In this document: in pieces, positions 29,185-38,363 of the stretch
Position numbering within the stretch: position 1 is the first letter of the stretch
How the letters are laid out: every line of letters starts with the position of its first letter
DNA from: an uncultured Actinomycetes bacterium
GTDB lineage: Bacteria; Actinomycetota; Acidimicrobiia; Acidimicrobiales; Ilumatobacteraceae
Reading direction: 5' to 3'
DNA: 64,000 nucleotides
Assembly: GCA_963828405.1 (NCBI GenBank)
Contig: CAWHEG010000027.1
Coordinates: forward strand, 839-64,838
The notes under the pieces: model-generated
What the model saw: the letters and a program-made list of their open reading frames with translations, nothing else
The model's database searches: none
What the model was told of the DNA's origin: nothing
Position numbers and translations under genes: made by a program

Positions 29185-30180
29185 TCAGAACAGCTCGACG
29201 GTCGACATCGACAGCGCCAGGTCGTCGATCGACGGCACCCTCGCCGTGGCCAGCGACCGCCAGGTGAGCAACGGACCGAGGCTGCGCACGGGGATCAGCC
29301 CCCGCCCCGGGCCCGCCACGTCGGGCGTGGAGAGCACCAGGTCGGCGTCGGTGTCCCGGGCCAGCCGGGCGATCGCCCGGGCGAAGCGCAGCGGCCCGGC
29401 CGACCCGGCCGCCTCGTTGACGTCGAGCTCGCGCAACGGGCCGCGGCGCCGGACGCGGAACACGACGAACCCCTCGCGGATGTCGTCGGCGAGCGGGAAG
29501 ACCCGGTAGTTGAGCGGTGCGAACCCGAACCGCCAGCGCAACACGTCGGCGGTGAACGCGGTGGCCAGACGCCGATCGCCCCGCGCCGGGGCGAGCACCT
29601 CGGCGATGGCGTCGTCGTCGGCGAAGGCCTCGGCGGGGTCGAGTCCGATGCCGCACGGCTCGCCCCACTTGTCGGCCGCACCGTTCGCCGAACGCAACCG
29701 GGTGATCCCGCGCAGCGAAGCCGGGCGCATCGACACGGTCAGCTTGCCGACCTGCTGCCAGCCCATCTTCAGGTACCCCGGACGGCTCTTGGCGTTGGGG
29801 GTGTTGAACACCGCGTCGGTGCCGCTGGCGGTCAGGTCGTCGACGGCCAGCTTGGTCAGCCGCGAGAAGATCCCCATGCCCTGGAACTCGGGGAGGGTGG
29901 CGGTGTCGACGGCCCGGACCATCTCCAAGGTGCCCGGTGCGCCGGCCAGTCGCCAGCGCATCATCGTGCGCACGCCGACGATCCGCTCGTCGGCGGGATC
30001 GACGGCCACCCAGATCGGCGACGGCCCGAACGCGTTCCGGTCGTGCTTCCAGCGGAAGAACTCGCCGTTGGGCCGCGCCGGGTCCCACTGCAACGCCTCG
30101 GCGCAGACGCGCACGATCTCGTCGAACTCGTCCGCCCCGGCCCGACGGAGCACGAGCGGTGTCCCCGGTCGTTGGCTCAT
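29185..30180 (-). CDS. GNAT-family N-acetyltransferase (with a C-terminal extension)
   Basis: VRAVDTATLPEFQGMGIFSRLTKLAV is the acetyl-CoA binding Q/RxxGxG/A motif. Confidence 0.8.
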   Translation of the reverse strand: MSQRPGTPLVLRRAGADEFDEIVRVCAEALQWDPARPNGEFFRWKHDRNAFGPSPIWVAVDPADERIVGVRTMMRWRLAGAPGTLEMVRAVDTATLPEFQGMGIFSRLTKLAVDDLTASGTDAVFNTPNAKSRPGYLKMGWQQVGKLTVSMRPASLRGITRLRSANGAADKWGEPCGIGLDPAEAFADDDAIAEVLAPARGDRRLATAFTADVLRWRFGFAPLNYRVFPLADDIREGFVVFRVRRRGPLRELDVNEAAGSAGPLRFARAIARLARDTDADLVLSTPDVAGPGRGLIPVRSLGPLLTWRSLATARVPSIDDLALSMSTVELF

Positions 30181-30190
30181 CTCGGCCTGG

Positions 30191-31957
30191 CTACTTGCCG
30201 TAGTAGCCGTAGACGCGATCCCGGCCCTTCTGCGGCACCCGGTTGAGCACGAGGCCCAGCAGGCGGGCCTGGGTCATCCGCACGGCCTCGACCCCCCGTT
30301 CGAGGTGGCTGTGGTTCGTCGAGCGCAACGAGGTGACGAAGATGATCCCGTCGACGAGGTGCGCCATGATCAGCGCGTCGGACACCGGCAGGACCGGAGG
30401 GGAGTCGACGATCACCATGTCGAACTGCTCGGCCGCCAGGGCGAAGAGGTCCTTCGTCAGCGGCGACCCGAGGATCTCCACGGGGTTGGTGACCGCCTGC
30501 CCGCCCGGGAGCACCCAGAGGTTCTCGGCGATCTCCCGGGCCCGTTCGACGATCTGCAACACCCGGCGCGGCCTGATCCCGTTGCGGGCCGGCGCCGGCG
30601 TCGCCGCCGGCCGCTCGGCGACGACGAGGTCGGCGAGCGCGACCTCGGTCATCGCGCTCGCCGCCGCGGCCCGACGGCGCCGTGCCGGGGGCGTGGGGAA
30701 CTCCTCGATCGCCCGCTCCGTCCTGCGCCGCGCCACGGGCGCCGTGGCGACCGCGGCCCCCTCGTCGGGATGGTCGTCCGCCTGGACGTGGCGTCGCTGG
30801 CGCAGTTCCTCCTCCTCGGCCATCTCGCTGAGGATCTCGACGAGACCGGGCCCGGCTTCGAGCTCGGTCAGCCGTTCGACCTGCGGCCGGCGGAGATCGG
30901 CGGAGATGAGCAGCGTGCGGAATCCGCCGGCGGCGTACGAGGCGGCGAGGTTCGTGGCCAACGTCGACTTCCCGTCACCAGGGCTGGCACTGGTCACGAG
31001 CACGACGCGCAGCGGCTTCTCGACGCTGAGGAAGCGCATCGAGACACGCAGCGAGCGCACAGCCTCGGCGACCACGCCGTCGGGCTTGGCCAGCACGGCG
31101 ATCCGCCGGTTGTCGCGCAGCGTCCGCTGGTCGAGGGGCAGCTGGGCGAGCACCGACAACCCGCTCAACTCCTCCGCCTCGTCACGCGACCGCAGCCGCT
31201 GATCGAGCAGGTCGCGCAGCAGGGCGAAGCCGATCGCCATCGCCAGCCCGGCGCCGAGCCCGATCAACGCCCCTTCGAGCGGCTTGCGGCTCACCGGGTC
31301 GCCGGACGCCTGGGCGACCTGCACGACCTCGGCGGCGCCCTTCTTCAACTTCACGTCGGCCTCGAGCTGCAGGCGCCGGTTCGACAGGTCCTGGAACTGC
31401 CCCTGGGCCGAGGCCAGCGCCGTGCGGTTCGCCCCGTTGTCGGGCAGGAGCGAGAACTGGTCGATCTTGTTGCTCAGATCGGCGATCTGGATGTCGAACG
31501 TGGCGATCGTCTGATTGGCCTGCTCGACGGCGTCGGTCCGGCGGATCTCGATGAACGCGTTGCCGACCGCGTTGGCGATGTCGGCGGCCCGCTGCGGGTC
31601 GCCCGCCGTCGCCCGGAAGTCGAGCGTTCCACCCAGCTCGGCCGGTGTGATCTTCAGCGCAGTGTCGATCTCGGCGCTCGACACCCCGCCTCCGAGCGCG
31701 GCGGCCGCGGCGGTGAGCACGTCGGGACCGCGGGCCTCCTTGGCGATCACCGGCAGCGCGGCAGCGTTGACCTCGGCCGAGCCGGTGCTCGCCGTCGCCA
31801 CCTGCTCGGTGACCCGCAACAGGATGGTGGCCGTCGAGGCGAACTGCCGGGGCTGTTGATCGGTGTAGACGAACGCCGCCGCGGCGAGCAGCACCGGGAA
31901 GGCCAGGAGCACCAACCAGTTGCGTCTCGCCAGCTGCAGGTAGTCGGTGAGTTCCAC
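30191..31957 (-). CDS. Polysaccharide co-polymerase / tyrosine autokinase, paralog 2
   Basis: I start it at GTG 31957 (V-ELTDYLQLARRNW), by analogy with MELSDYLLLVKRNW of paralog 3. Motifs: SASPGDGKST, LISADLRRP, MVIVDSPP. The tail is RVYGYYGK. Confidence 0.88.
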   Translation of the reverse strand: MELTDYLQLARRNWLVLLAFPVLLAAAAFVYTDQQPRQFASTATILLRVTEQVATASTGSAEVNAAALPVIAKEARGPDVLTAAAAALGGGVSSAEIDTALKITPAELGGTLDFRATAGDPQRAADIANAVGNAFIEIRRTDAVEQANQTIATFDIQIADLSNKIDQFSLLPDNGANRTALASAQGQFQDLSNRRLQLEADVKLKKGAAEVVQVAQASGDPVSRKPLEGALIGLGAGLAMAIGFALLRDLLDQRLRSRDEAEELSGLSVLAQLPLDQRTLRDNRRIAVLAKPDGVVAEAVRSLRVSMRFLSVEKPLRVVLVTSASPGDGKSTLATNLAASYAAGGFRTLLISADLRRPQVERLTELEAGPGLVEILSEMAEEEELRQRRHVQADDHPDEGAAVATAPVARRRTERAIEEFPTPPARRRRAAAASAMTEVALADLVVAERPAATPAPARNGIRPRRVLQIVERAREIAENLWVLPGGQAVTNPVEILGSPLTKDLFALAAEQFDMVIVDSPPVLPVSDALIMAHLVDGIIFVTSLRSTNHSHLERGVEAVRMTQARLLGLVLNRVPQKGRDRVYGYYGK

Positions 31958-32225
31958 GCTGAACGCCCAGTCTTTCCGTCGTCCCCGCCGGTCGCGCCGC
32001 CGGGAGTCGATCAACGATAGATGCCGCCGCCGGTCGCCCGGCCGCGGGGCGCGCCACGAGGTCCGCCAGGTGTCGCCGACCATATGACAGCGGCCAAAGG
32101 CTCGTGACAGAGCCCTGTGGCCCATTCACTGCCCGTGGTCGAGGCTCACGGCGCAACGACGGGCGCCGCCCGGCGGGCGGATCTACGATGACGCCTTCGG
32201 GCGGAACACGATCGAGGACGGCGGC

Positions 32226-33521
32226 GTGCGGGTGGACGGAGCGAACGAGAAGCCACGGCTCTCGTCGAGAGCCTCGATGGCCGCACTGGTCCTGTCCCCG
32301 GCGTTGCAGTGGACGACCGTCATCGCCTCGCTGGTCCCGGGCGACCTGGTCGTGCTGCCGTTCACCGCGCTCGGGATCGCCACCCGCGACCGCCGCGACT
32401 GGAACCAGAACCGCCTGCGCCGGGGTCTGCGCCTGCCGGCGCTGCTGATCGTCGTCGGCTCGATCCTCGCCCTGTGGGACCTCGGCCCGACGATGTGGGC
32501 GGCGGCGACGATGTTCCAGGACCTCGTCGTGGCGCTGACGTTCCTCGGCCTGCTCGCCTATGCCCGCCGCCGGCGGTTCGACCAGCGCTTCCTGACCAAG
32601 TGGGTGTCGATCACGCTGGTCGCCGTCTCGGTCATCGAGTTGCTGTCGTCGGGCTACCGGCCCACGGCGACGCTCGGCCAGCCGAACATCGCCGGGCACT
32701 TCCTGGTGTGCGCCCTGGTCTTCGTGCTGCCGAGGCTCCGGCGCAGGTGGTGGATCATCGTGCCCCTCGTCGTGGTCGCCATCGGCCGTACGGGCTCGTT
32801 CGGCGCCCTCCTCGCCCTGCCGATCGCCGTCGCCTACCTCGGCTTCGCCGCCCTGCGCCGCCGCATGCGGGACGCCTCGTCACTGCACGTGTTCACATCG
32901 TGGCTGTTGCTGCTCACCCCGCTCGCCGTGCTCGCCGTGTTCGTCTTCGGCGTGGTCACCGGCGACCGCGCCGACGGCGGCGGCCTCGCCGCGGGCCGCC
33001 TCACCGCGACCCAGCGGGGACGGATCACCATCTGGAAGGAGGGGTACGAGGCGTGGCTGACCGACCCGCTCGGCCTCGGCCCGCACGGGTTCAAGGAGCT
33101 GGCCATCGACTGGCGGTTCGGGGAGAAGATCGCCGAGTCGTCCGAGATCCACAACGACTACCTCGGCTACCTGGTCGAGCGGGGCCCGGCCGGACTGCTC
33201 GGGCTGCTGCTGCTCTACCGCGTGCTGTGGGTCTCGGGCCGCAAGGGCGGTGTCGCCCGGGCGTTGCTCATCGCCAACGCGGTCGGCGGCATGACGCACG
33301 AGTCGCTCCACTTCCGCGCCCTGTGGGTGCTCCTCGCCCTCGCCCTCGCCGACGAGCTCCACGACCGCCCCCGGCGCGAGCCGCGCACCCGCTACGCCCG
33401 CCGCCGGGCCCGCCACGAAGCGGCCGACCGGGCCGCCGAGGCCCTCGCCGAGGCCGCGCCTGCCGGCATCATCGACGACGCCGCGGTGCGCCGGCGATCG
33501 CCGGCCGCGGCCCTGGTCTGA
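32226..33521 (+). CDS. O-antigen ligase/polymerase-family membrane protein (Wzy_C type), paralog 1
   Basis: It is polytopic, with GRTGSFGALLALPIA and a loop reading RITIWKEGYEAWLTDPLGLGPHGF...EIHNDYLGYLVERG. It has an Arg-rich tail. Confidence 0.85.
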   Translation: MRVDGANEKPRLSSRASMAALVLSPALQWTTVIASLVPGDLVVLPFTALGIATRDRRDWNQNRLRRGLRLPALLIVVGSILALWDLGPTMWAAATMFQDLVVALTFLGLLAYARRRRFDQRFLTKWVSITLVAVSVIELLSSGYRPTATLGQPNIAGHFLVCALVFVLPRLRRRWWIIVPLVVVAIGRTGSFGALLALPIAVAYLGFAALRRRMRDASSLHVFTSWLLLLTPLAVLAVFVFGVVTGDRADGGGLAAGRLTATQRGRITIWKEGYEAWLTDPLGLGPHGFKELAIDWRFGEKIAESSEIHNDYLGYLVERGPAGLLGLLLLYRVLWVSGRKGGVARALLIANAVGGMTHESLHFRALWVLLALALADELHDRPRREPRTRYARRRARHEAADRAAEALAEAAPAGIIDDAAVRRRSPAAALV

Positions 33522-33566
33522 GCCGCTGGTCGGCGTGTCCACCGGCCACCGATCGACGGGCCGCTC

Positions 33567-34403
33567 TCAGACGGAGGCGCCGCGGTAACGGGCCCGATTG
33601 ACCAGTCCGCGCAGCACGGACTCGAGGCGCATGCCGCCCGCAGCCTTGGCCGCAACGTGTCGGCGGGAATCGCTGCGCTGGATCGGCGTACGGCGGAGCT
33701 CGAAGACGTCCTGGCCGGCGCGGTTGGCCCCCGGCGTGGCCAGCGCGGCGCTGCGGAAGCGTCTGCGCACCTCGCGGTCGGCCGTCGCCGAGGGGCGGAC
33801 CGCCTTGGGGTAGGCGAAGTCCCGGGCGTTGACGCCGCACCAGTCGCCGATCAGCTCGATCGAGCGGTCCAGCTCGTCGGCCACGTCCGCGTCGGCCATC
33901 CGGTCGAGCAGCACGTGGCGGTGGGTGTGCGAACCGATGTCGACGAGGCCGCTGTCGGCGACCTCCCTCAGCCCGGCCCGGGTCATCGCCGGCGAACCGT
34001 CGAACCACGGGACCACCCCGTCGATGAATGCCGTGGCCAGGTACAACGTCGCCGGGAGCCGATGCCGGGCGAGGATCGGCAGGGTGTGGTCGACGAAGTC
34101 GGCCGTGCCGTCGTCGAAGGTCAGCACGACCCCGGGCTCCGTCGCCGCCCCCTCGGGCGCGGCGAGCTCGTGGAGCGCCCGATCGAGGCTGATCACCCGG
34201 TGGTGCTCGGCGAGGTAGGCGATCTGGGCGTCGAACTCGGTGATCGGCAGGTCGACGAGCGAACCGCTCCCCAACCCGACGCGGTGGTAGATCAGCAGCG
34301 TGACCCCGGCGGCTCGCGGCAGGAGCCGGTCGGCGGCGAGCGACGCCTCCTTGACCGCGCCGCCGACGAGCCGGCGGACCGTCCGTCGACCGGCGACGCT
34401 CAC
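33567..34403 (-). CDS. Polysaccharide deacetylase family protein
   Basis: LLIYHRV, VLTFDDGTADF, GSHTHRH. The GTG start at 34403 overlaps the upstream stop (GTGA). Confidence 0.88.
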   Translation of the reverse strand: MSVAGRRTVRRLVGGAVKEASLAADRLLPRAAGVTLLIYHRVGLGSGSLVDLPITEFDAQIAYLAEHHRVISLDRALHELAAPEGAATEPGVVLTFDDGTADFVDHTLPILARHRLPATLYLATAFIDGVVPWFDGSPAMTRAGLREVADSGLVDIGSHTHRHVLLDRMADADVADELDRSIELIGDWCGVNARDFAYPKAVRPSATADREVRRRFRSAALATPGANRAGQDVFELRRTPIQRSDSRRHVAAKAAGGMRLESVLRGLVNRARYRGASV

Positions 34404-35719
34404 AGGCGGTCGACCTCGTCGCCCGGGACCCGGTTGCGGGTGTCCAGCACCTTGGCGCCGTGCTCGGCGACGAGCGCCCAGTCGAAGCGCGAGTGCTCGG
34501 TGAGCACGATCACCAGATCCGCCGCAGCCAGCTCGTCACGCGTCAGCTCGACGAGCTCGACCGTGGGCGGCACGAAGCGGGCGTCGACCATCGGATCGCA
34601 CGCCCGCAGGTCGGCGCCGAGCAGGTGCAGGCGGTCGGCCACCTCGACGGCCGGCGACTCCCGGGCATCGGCGGAGTCCTTCTTGTAGGTCAGCCCGAGG
34701 AGCAGGATCCGGCTCCCGTTGACCGCCTTGCGGTCGCCGTTGAGGTGCTGGATGGCCCGCTGGGCGACGTAGTCCGGCATGTGCTCGTTCACGTCGTTGG
34801 CCAGTTCGACGAACCGGAAGGCATGACCGAGGGAACGGCGGACCTGCCACGAGAGGTACGACGGATCGATCGGCAGGCAGTGTCCACCGACGCCGGGGCC
34901 CGGGGTGAAGCGCATGTAGCCGAACGGCTTGGTCGTCGCCGCGTCGATCACCGACCACACGTCGATCCCCAGGTCGTGGGCGAAGATCGCCAGTTCGTTG
35001 ACCAGCGCCACGTTGACGTGGCGGAAGGTGTTCTCGAGCAGCTTGGTGAGCTCGGCCTCCTTGACGCCCGGGACCCTCACGGTGCGGTCGACGAGGGCCG
35101 AGTAGAAGTCGTCGACCGCCTTGGCCGAGGCGTCGTCGATCCCCGAGACGACCTTGGGGGTGTTGCGCAGGGTCCACCGTGTGTTGCCCGGGTCGATCCG
35201 CTCCGGGCTGTAGCCGACGTGGAAGTCGAGGCCGGCGCGCAGCCCGCCGGTCTCGAGCACCGGGATCAGCACCTCCTCGGTGGTGCCGGGGTAGGTGGTC
35301 GACTCGAGCACGACGCAGCACCCCGGGCGAAGGTGGGCGACGAGCATCGCCCCCGCCGATTCGACGAAGCTCAGGTCGGGTGCCGAGTCGCGCAGCGGCG
35401 TCGGCACCGAGATCACGGCGACGTCGAAGCCGGCGAGGTCGGCGGGATCACACGAGGGGAGGTAGCGGCCGGTGCCCAGGGCCGATCGAAGATCGGCGTC
35501 GGTGACGTCCTCGATGAACGACGAGCAGGCCGCCAGACGAGTGATCCTGTCGACGTCGACATCGAAGCCGACGACGTCGTAGCCGACCTCGACGGCGCGC
35601 AGGGCGACCGGCAACCCCACGTACCCCTGTCCGAGTATCGCGACCCGACCCGACCCGGGGGCCCGCTCGGGCCCGGCGGGCAGGCCGGCGGGCAGGTCGT
35701 CGGGGTCGCGGGGCGGCAT
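34400..35719 (-). CDS. Nucleotide-sugar 6-dehydrogenase (UDP-GlcNAc/ManNAc dehydrogenase-like)
   Basis: VAILGQGYVGLPVALRAVEVGYDVVGFD, ISVPTP, GGHCLPIDP (catalytic Cys). I start it at ATG 35719. Confidence 0.92.
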   Translation of the reverse strand: MPPRDPDDLPAGLPAGPERAPGSGRVAILGQGYVGLPVALRAVEVGYDVVGFDVDVDRITRLAACSSFIEDVTDADLRSALGTGRYLPSCDPADLAGFDVAVISVPTPLRDSAPDLSFVESAGAMLVAHLRPGCCVVLESTTYPGTTEEVLIPVLETGGLRAGLDFHVGYSPERIDPGNTRWTLRNTPKVVSGIDDASAKAVDDFYSALVDRTVRVPGVKEAELTKLLENTFRHVNVALVNELAIFAHDLGIDVWSVIDAATTKPFGYMRFTPGPGVGGHCLPIDPSYLSWQVRRSLGHAFRFVELANDVNEHMPDYVAQRAIQHLNGDRKAVNGSRILLLGLTYKKDSADARESPAVEVADRLHLLGADLRACDPMVDARFVPPTVELVELTRDELAAADLVIVLTEHSRFDWALVAEHGAKVLDTRNRVPGDEVDRL

Positions 35720-35792
35720 CCGCCGATGATATGGCCCAGCCGGCCGTGCGTTCCCGCAGGTCGTGGGACCCAATTCGGGACGCCGGCAGGGA

Positions 35793-36455
35793 TCACCAGT
35801 CGGAGCGGAGCCGGTCGAGCGAACGGGCGGGCGAACCGACGACCACCTCGCCGGGCGGCACGTCGCGGGTCACGACGGCCCCGGCCCCGACCATCGCCCC
35901 GGCGCCGATGGTCAGGCCGCGCAGCACGACGGCGCCGGCGCCGACGGTCGCAGCCTCCTCGAGGTGGACGTCGCCACCGAGGATCCCGCCGGGGAACACC
36001 GTCGCGTAGTCGTCGAAGCTGCAGTCGTGGCCGATCGCCGCGTTGATGTGGATGTCGACGTGCAGGCCGAGGCGGCAACCGGTGGTCACCCGGGCGCCGG
36101 CGGCCAGGATGCAACCGGGCCCGATCGTGGTGCCGCTGCCGGCGCTGGCCCTCGGGCTGAGCAGGATCGTCGGTCGGGCGCGGGTCGGGCCGAGACGCCG
36201 GACGATCGATCGCCGAACGGCCCCGCTGCCGATGGCGATGACGTACCCGACGTCGGAGGTACACAGCCGCGTCGGCGGGCCGATGAGCTTGCCACCGACC
36301 GCGGCGAGGCGATCCGTGTCGACGGGCCCGTCGTCGAGGTATCCCAACAGCCGGATCGGAGCGCCGTCGGCGTCCATGTCCCGGGCGATGTCGGCGACCT
36401 CACGCCCGAATCCACCGGCGCCGACGATCACGACGTCGTCGGGGCGCCGGTTCAT
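35793..36455 (-). CDS. NeuD/PglD-family sugar N/O-acetyltransferase (left-handed beta-helix)
   Basis: It has an N-terminal VVIVGAGGFGREVADIA Rossmann-like domain followed by hexapeptide repeats (IGPGCILAAGARV..IGHDCSFDDYATV..VGAGAVV). Confidence 0.9.
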   Translation of the reverse strand: MNRRPDDVVIVGAGGFGREVADIARDMDADGAPIRLLGYLDDGPVDTDRLAAVGGKLIGPPTRLCTSDVGYVIAIGSGAVRRSIVRRLGPTRARPTILLSPRASAGSGTTIGPGCILAAGARVTTGCRLGLHVDIHINAAIGHDCSFDDYATVFPGGILGGDVHLEEAATVGAGAVVLRGLTIGAGAMVGAGAVVTRDVPPGEVVVGSPARSLDRLRSDW

Positions 36456-36535
36456 CGGCGGGGATCGTAGTCGTGGCCGCTCGCGTCCGGCGGGCAGCAG
36501 GCGATCTCACCGCGGCGGCCATCGCGGCGAACGAC

Positions 36536-38266
36536 TCACTCGTCCTGGTTGGCCCGGCCGTAGTAGTCGTTCTCGCCGTCGCGGGGGACCTTGTTGAGCA
36601 CGATGCCGACCACGTTGGCCTGCGCCGACCGCAGGCGCTCGACACCGCGGGCGACGTGCTTGTAGTTGGTCGTCCGCAGTGAGGCGACCAACAGCACGCC
36701 GTCGACCATGCCCGACATGACCAGCGTGTCCGACACCGGCAGCACCGGCGGGGAGTCGACGATGACGATGTCGAACTGGTCGCGGGCGGCGGCGAAGAAG
36801 TCCTTGGCCACCGGCGAGCCGAGGATCTCGACCGGGTTGGCCACCGGCTGCCCGGCGGGGAGCACCCACAGGTTCTCGGCTTCCGAATGGCAGCGGCTGA
36901 GGATGTCGAGGGGTTGGCGCGTCGTCTCGCCCTCACCGGGTGACCCGGCCGATCGCACGGCGGCGGCGGCCTCGTCCTGGCGCCGACGGCGCGTCGGTGG
37001 AGCGGGGTAGTCGTCGACCGACACCACGTCGCTGCGCGCCCCACGCGAGCGGGCCGGCGACGACGGCTTGCGGGCACGATTCAGTCGGCGTTCCTCCTCC
37101 TCGGCGATCCCGGAGAGGATCTCCACCAGGCCCGACGGCGTCTGGGCGCGTACCTCGGTGAGCGACTCGACGCGTGGCCGGCGGAGGTCGGCCGAGATCA
37201 ACAGGGTGCGGGCCCCGCTGACGGCGTACGAGGCGGCGAGGTTGGTCGCCACGGTCGACTTGCCGTCGCCGGGCATCGGGCTGGTGACGAGCATCACGCG
37301 CAGTTGCTGTTCGAGGCTGATGAACCGCAGCGACACCCGCAGCGAGCGGATCGCCTCGGCGACGATGCCATCGGGGTGCTGCAACGCGGCGATGTGGAAC
37401 GGGTCCCTGCTGACCCGTCGGTCGACGGGGATCTCGGCCAGCGTGGGCAGGCCGGTGAGCTCCTCGGCCTCGTCACGGGAACGGAGCCGCATGTCGAGGC
37501 GGTCCTTGAGCAGGGTGATGCCGGCGGCGAGGATCAGCCCGGCGACCAGCCCGGCCATCGCGCTGCGCATCGGTTTGGGGCTGATCGGGCTCGACGAGGG
37601 TTTCGCCGCGCCGGTGACCTCGGCCTCACCCCGTTTCAGCTCGGCGTCGATCTCGAGTTGCTGGCGCCGCTCGGACAGGTCCTGGAACTGGGCGCGGGCC
37701 GTCTCCAGCTCGGCGGTGACCGCCGCGCCGACGGGCTGGCGGCCCAGGTCGGTGAGGCGGGTGGTCAACGTCGAGATCTTGCCGTCGAGGTTGGCGATCG
37801 CCCGCTTGAGCCCTTCGACCGAGGAGTTGCGCCGGTTGTCGATGTAGGCGAGCGCCACCTGATTGGCGATCGCCGCCGACCGCTCGGGTGTGCGCGTCGT
37901 GGCCCTGATCTTCATGATGTTGGAGTCGGCCGACGTCGACACGCTGACGGCGGACTGGACCTCGCCGCTCGTCAGCCCGCCGCCGAGGATCTCGGCGGCC
38001 GCCTCGGCGACATCGGGTCCGTCGGCGATGCTGGCCAACGATTTGACGATCCTCGAGCTGTTGACCAGCTCGGTGGCCGAACCGACGTTGGCAGTGCCGA
38101 ACCGCTCGTTCGGATCGCCGGGCTTGAGCAGAACCGTGGCCGTCGACTGGTACAGCTTGGCCTGGCGGTTCGAGTTCACGAAGGCTCCGAGTGCCAGCAG
38201 GAGCGGGAGGGCGACGAGTACCTTCCAGTTCCTCTTGACCAGCAGGAGGTAGTCACTCAGTTCCAC
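36536..38266 (-). CDS. Polysaccharide co-polymerase / tyrosine autokinase, paralog 3
   Basis: The start is GTG 38266 (MELSDYLLLVKRNW). Motifs: SPMPGDGKST, LISADLRRP, IVIVDSPP. The tail is DYYGRANQDE. Confidence 0.92.
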   Translation of the reverse strand: MELSDYLLLVKRNWKVLVALPLLLALGAFVNSNRQAKLYQSTATVLLKPGDPNERFGTANVGSATELVNSSRIVKSLASIADGPDVAEAAAEILGGGLTSGEVQSAVSVSTSADSNIMKIRATTRTPERSAAIANQVALAYIDNRRNSSVEGLKRAIANLDGKISTLTTRLTDLGRQPVGAAVTAELETARAQFQDLSERRQQLEIDAELKRGEAEVTGAAKPSSSPISPKPMRSAMAGLVAGLILAAGITLLKDRLDMRLRSRDEAEELTGLPTLAEIPVDRRVSRDPFHIAALQHPDGIVAEAIRSLRVSLRFISLEQQLRVMLVTSPMPGDGKSTVATNLAASYAVSGARTLLISADLRRPRVESLTEVRAQTPSGLVEILSGIAEEEERRLNRARKPSSPARSRGARSDVVSVDDYPAPPTRRRRQDEAAAAVRSAGSPGEGETTRQPLDILSRCHSEAENLWVLPAGQPVANPVEILGSPVAKDFFAAARDQFDIVIVDSPPVLPVSDTLVMSGMVDGVLLVASLRTTNYKHVARGVERLRSAQANVVGIVLNKVPRDGENDYYGRANQDE

Positions 38267-38363
38267 GTCATCATTCCAATCAACCGGGGTGCGCCCGTGG
38301 TGTCGTCAGAAGACTACGCAGGGCGTCGAGATCGAGCGTCGCCAGGATAGGCCGACGAGGCGT

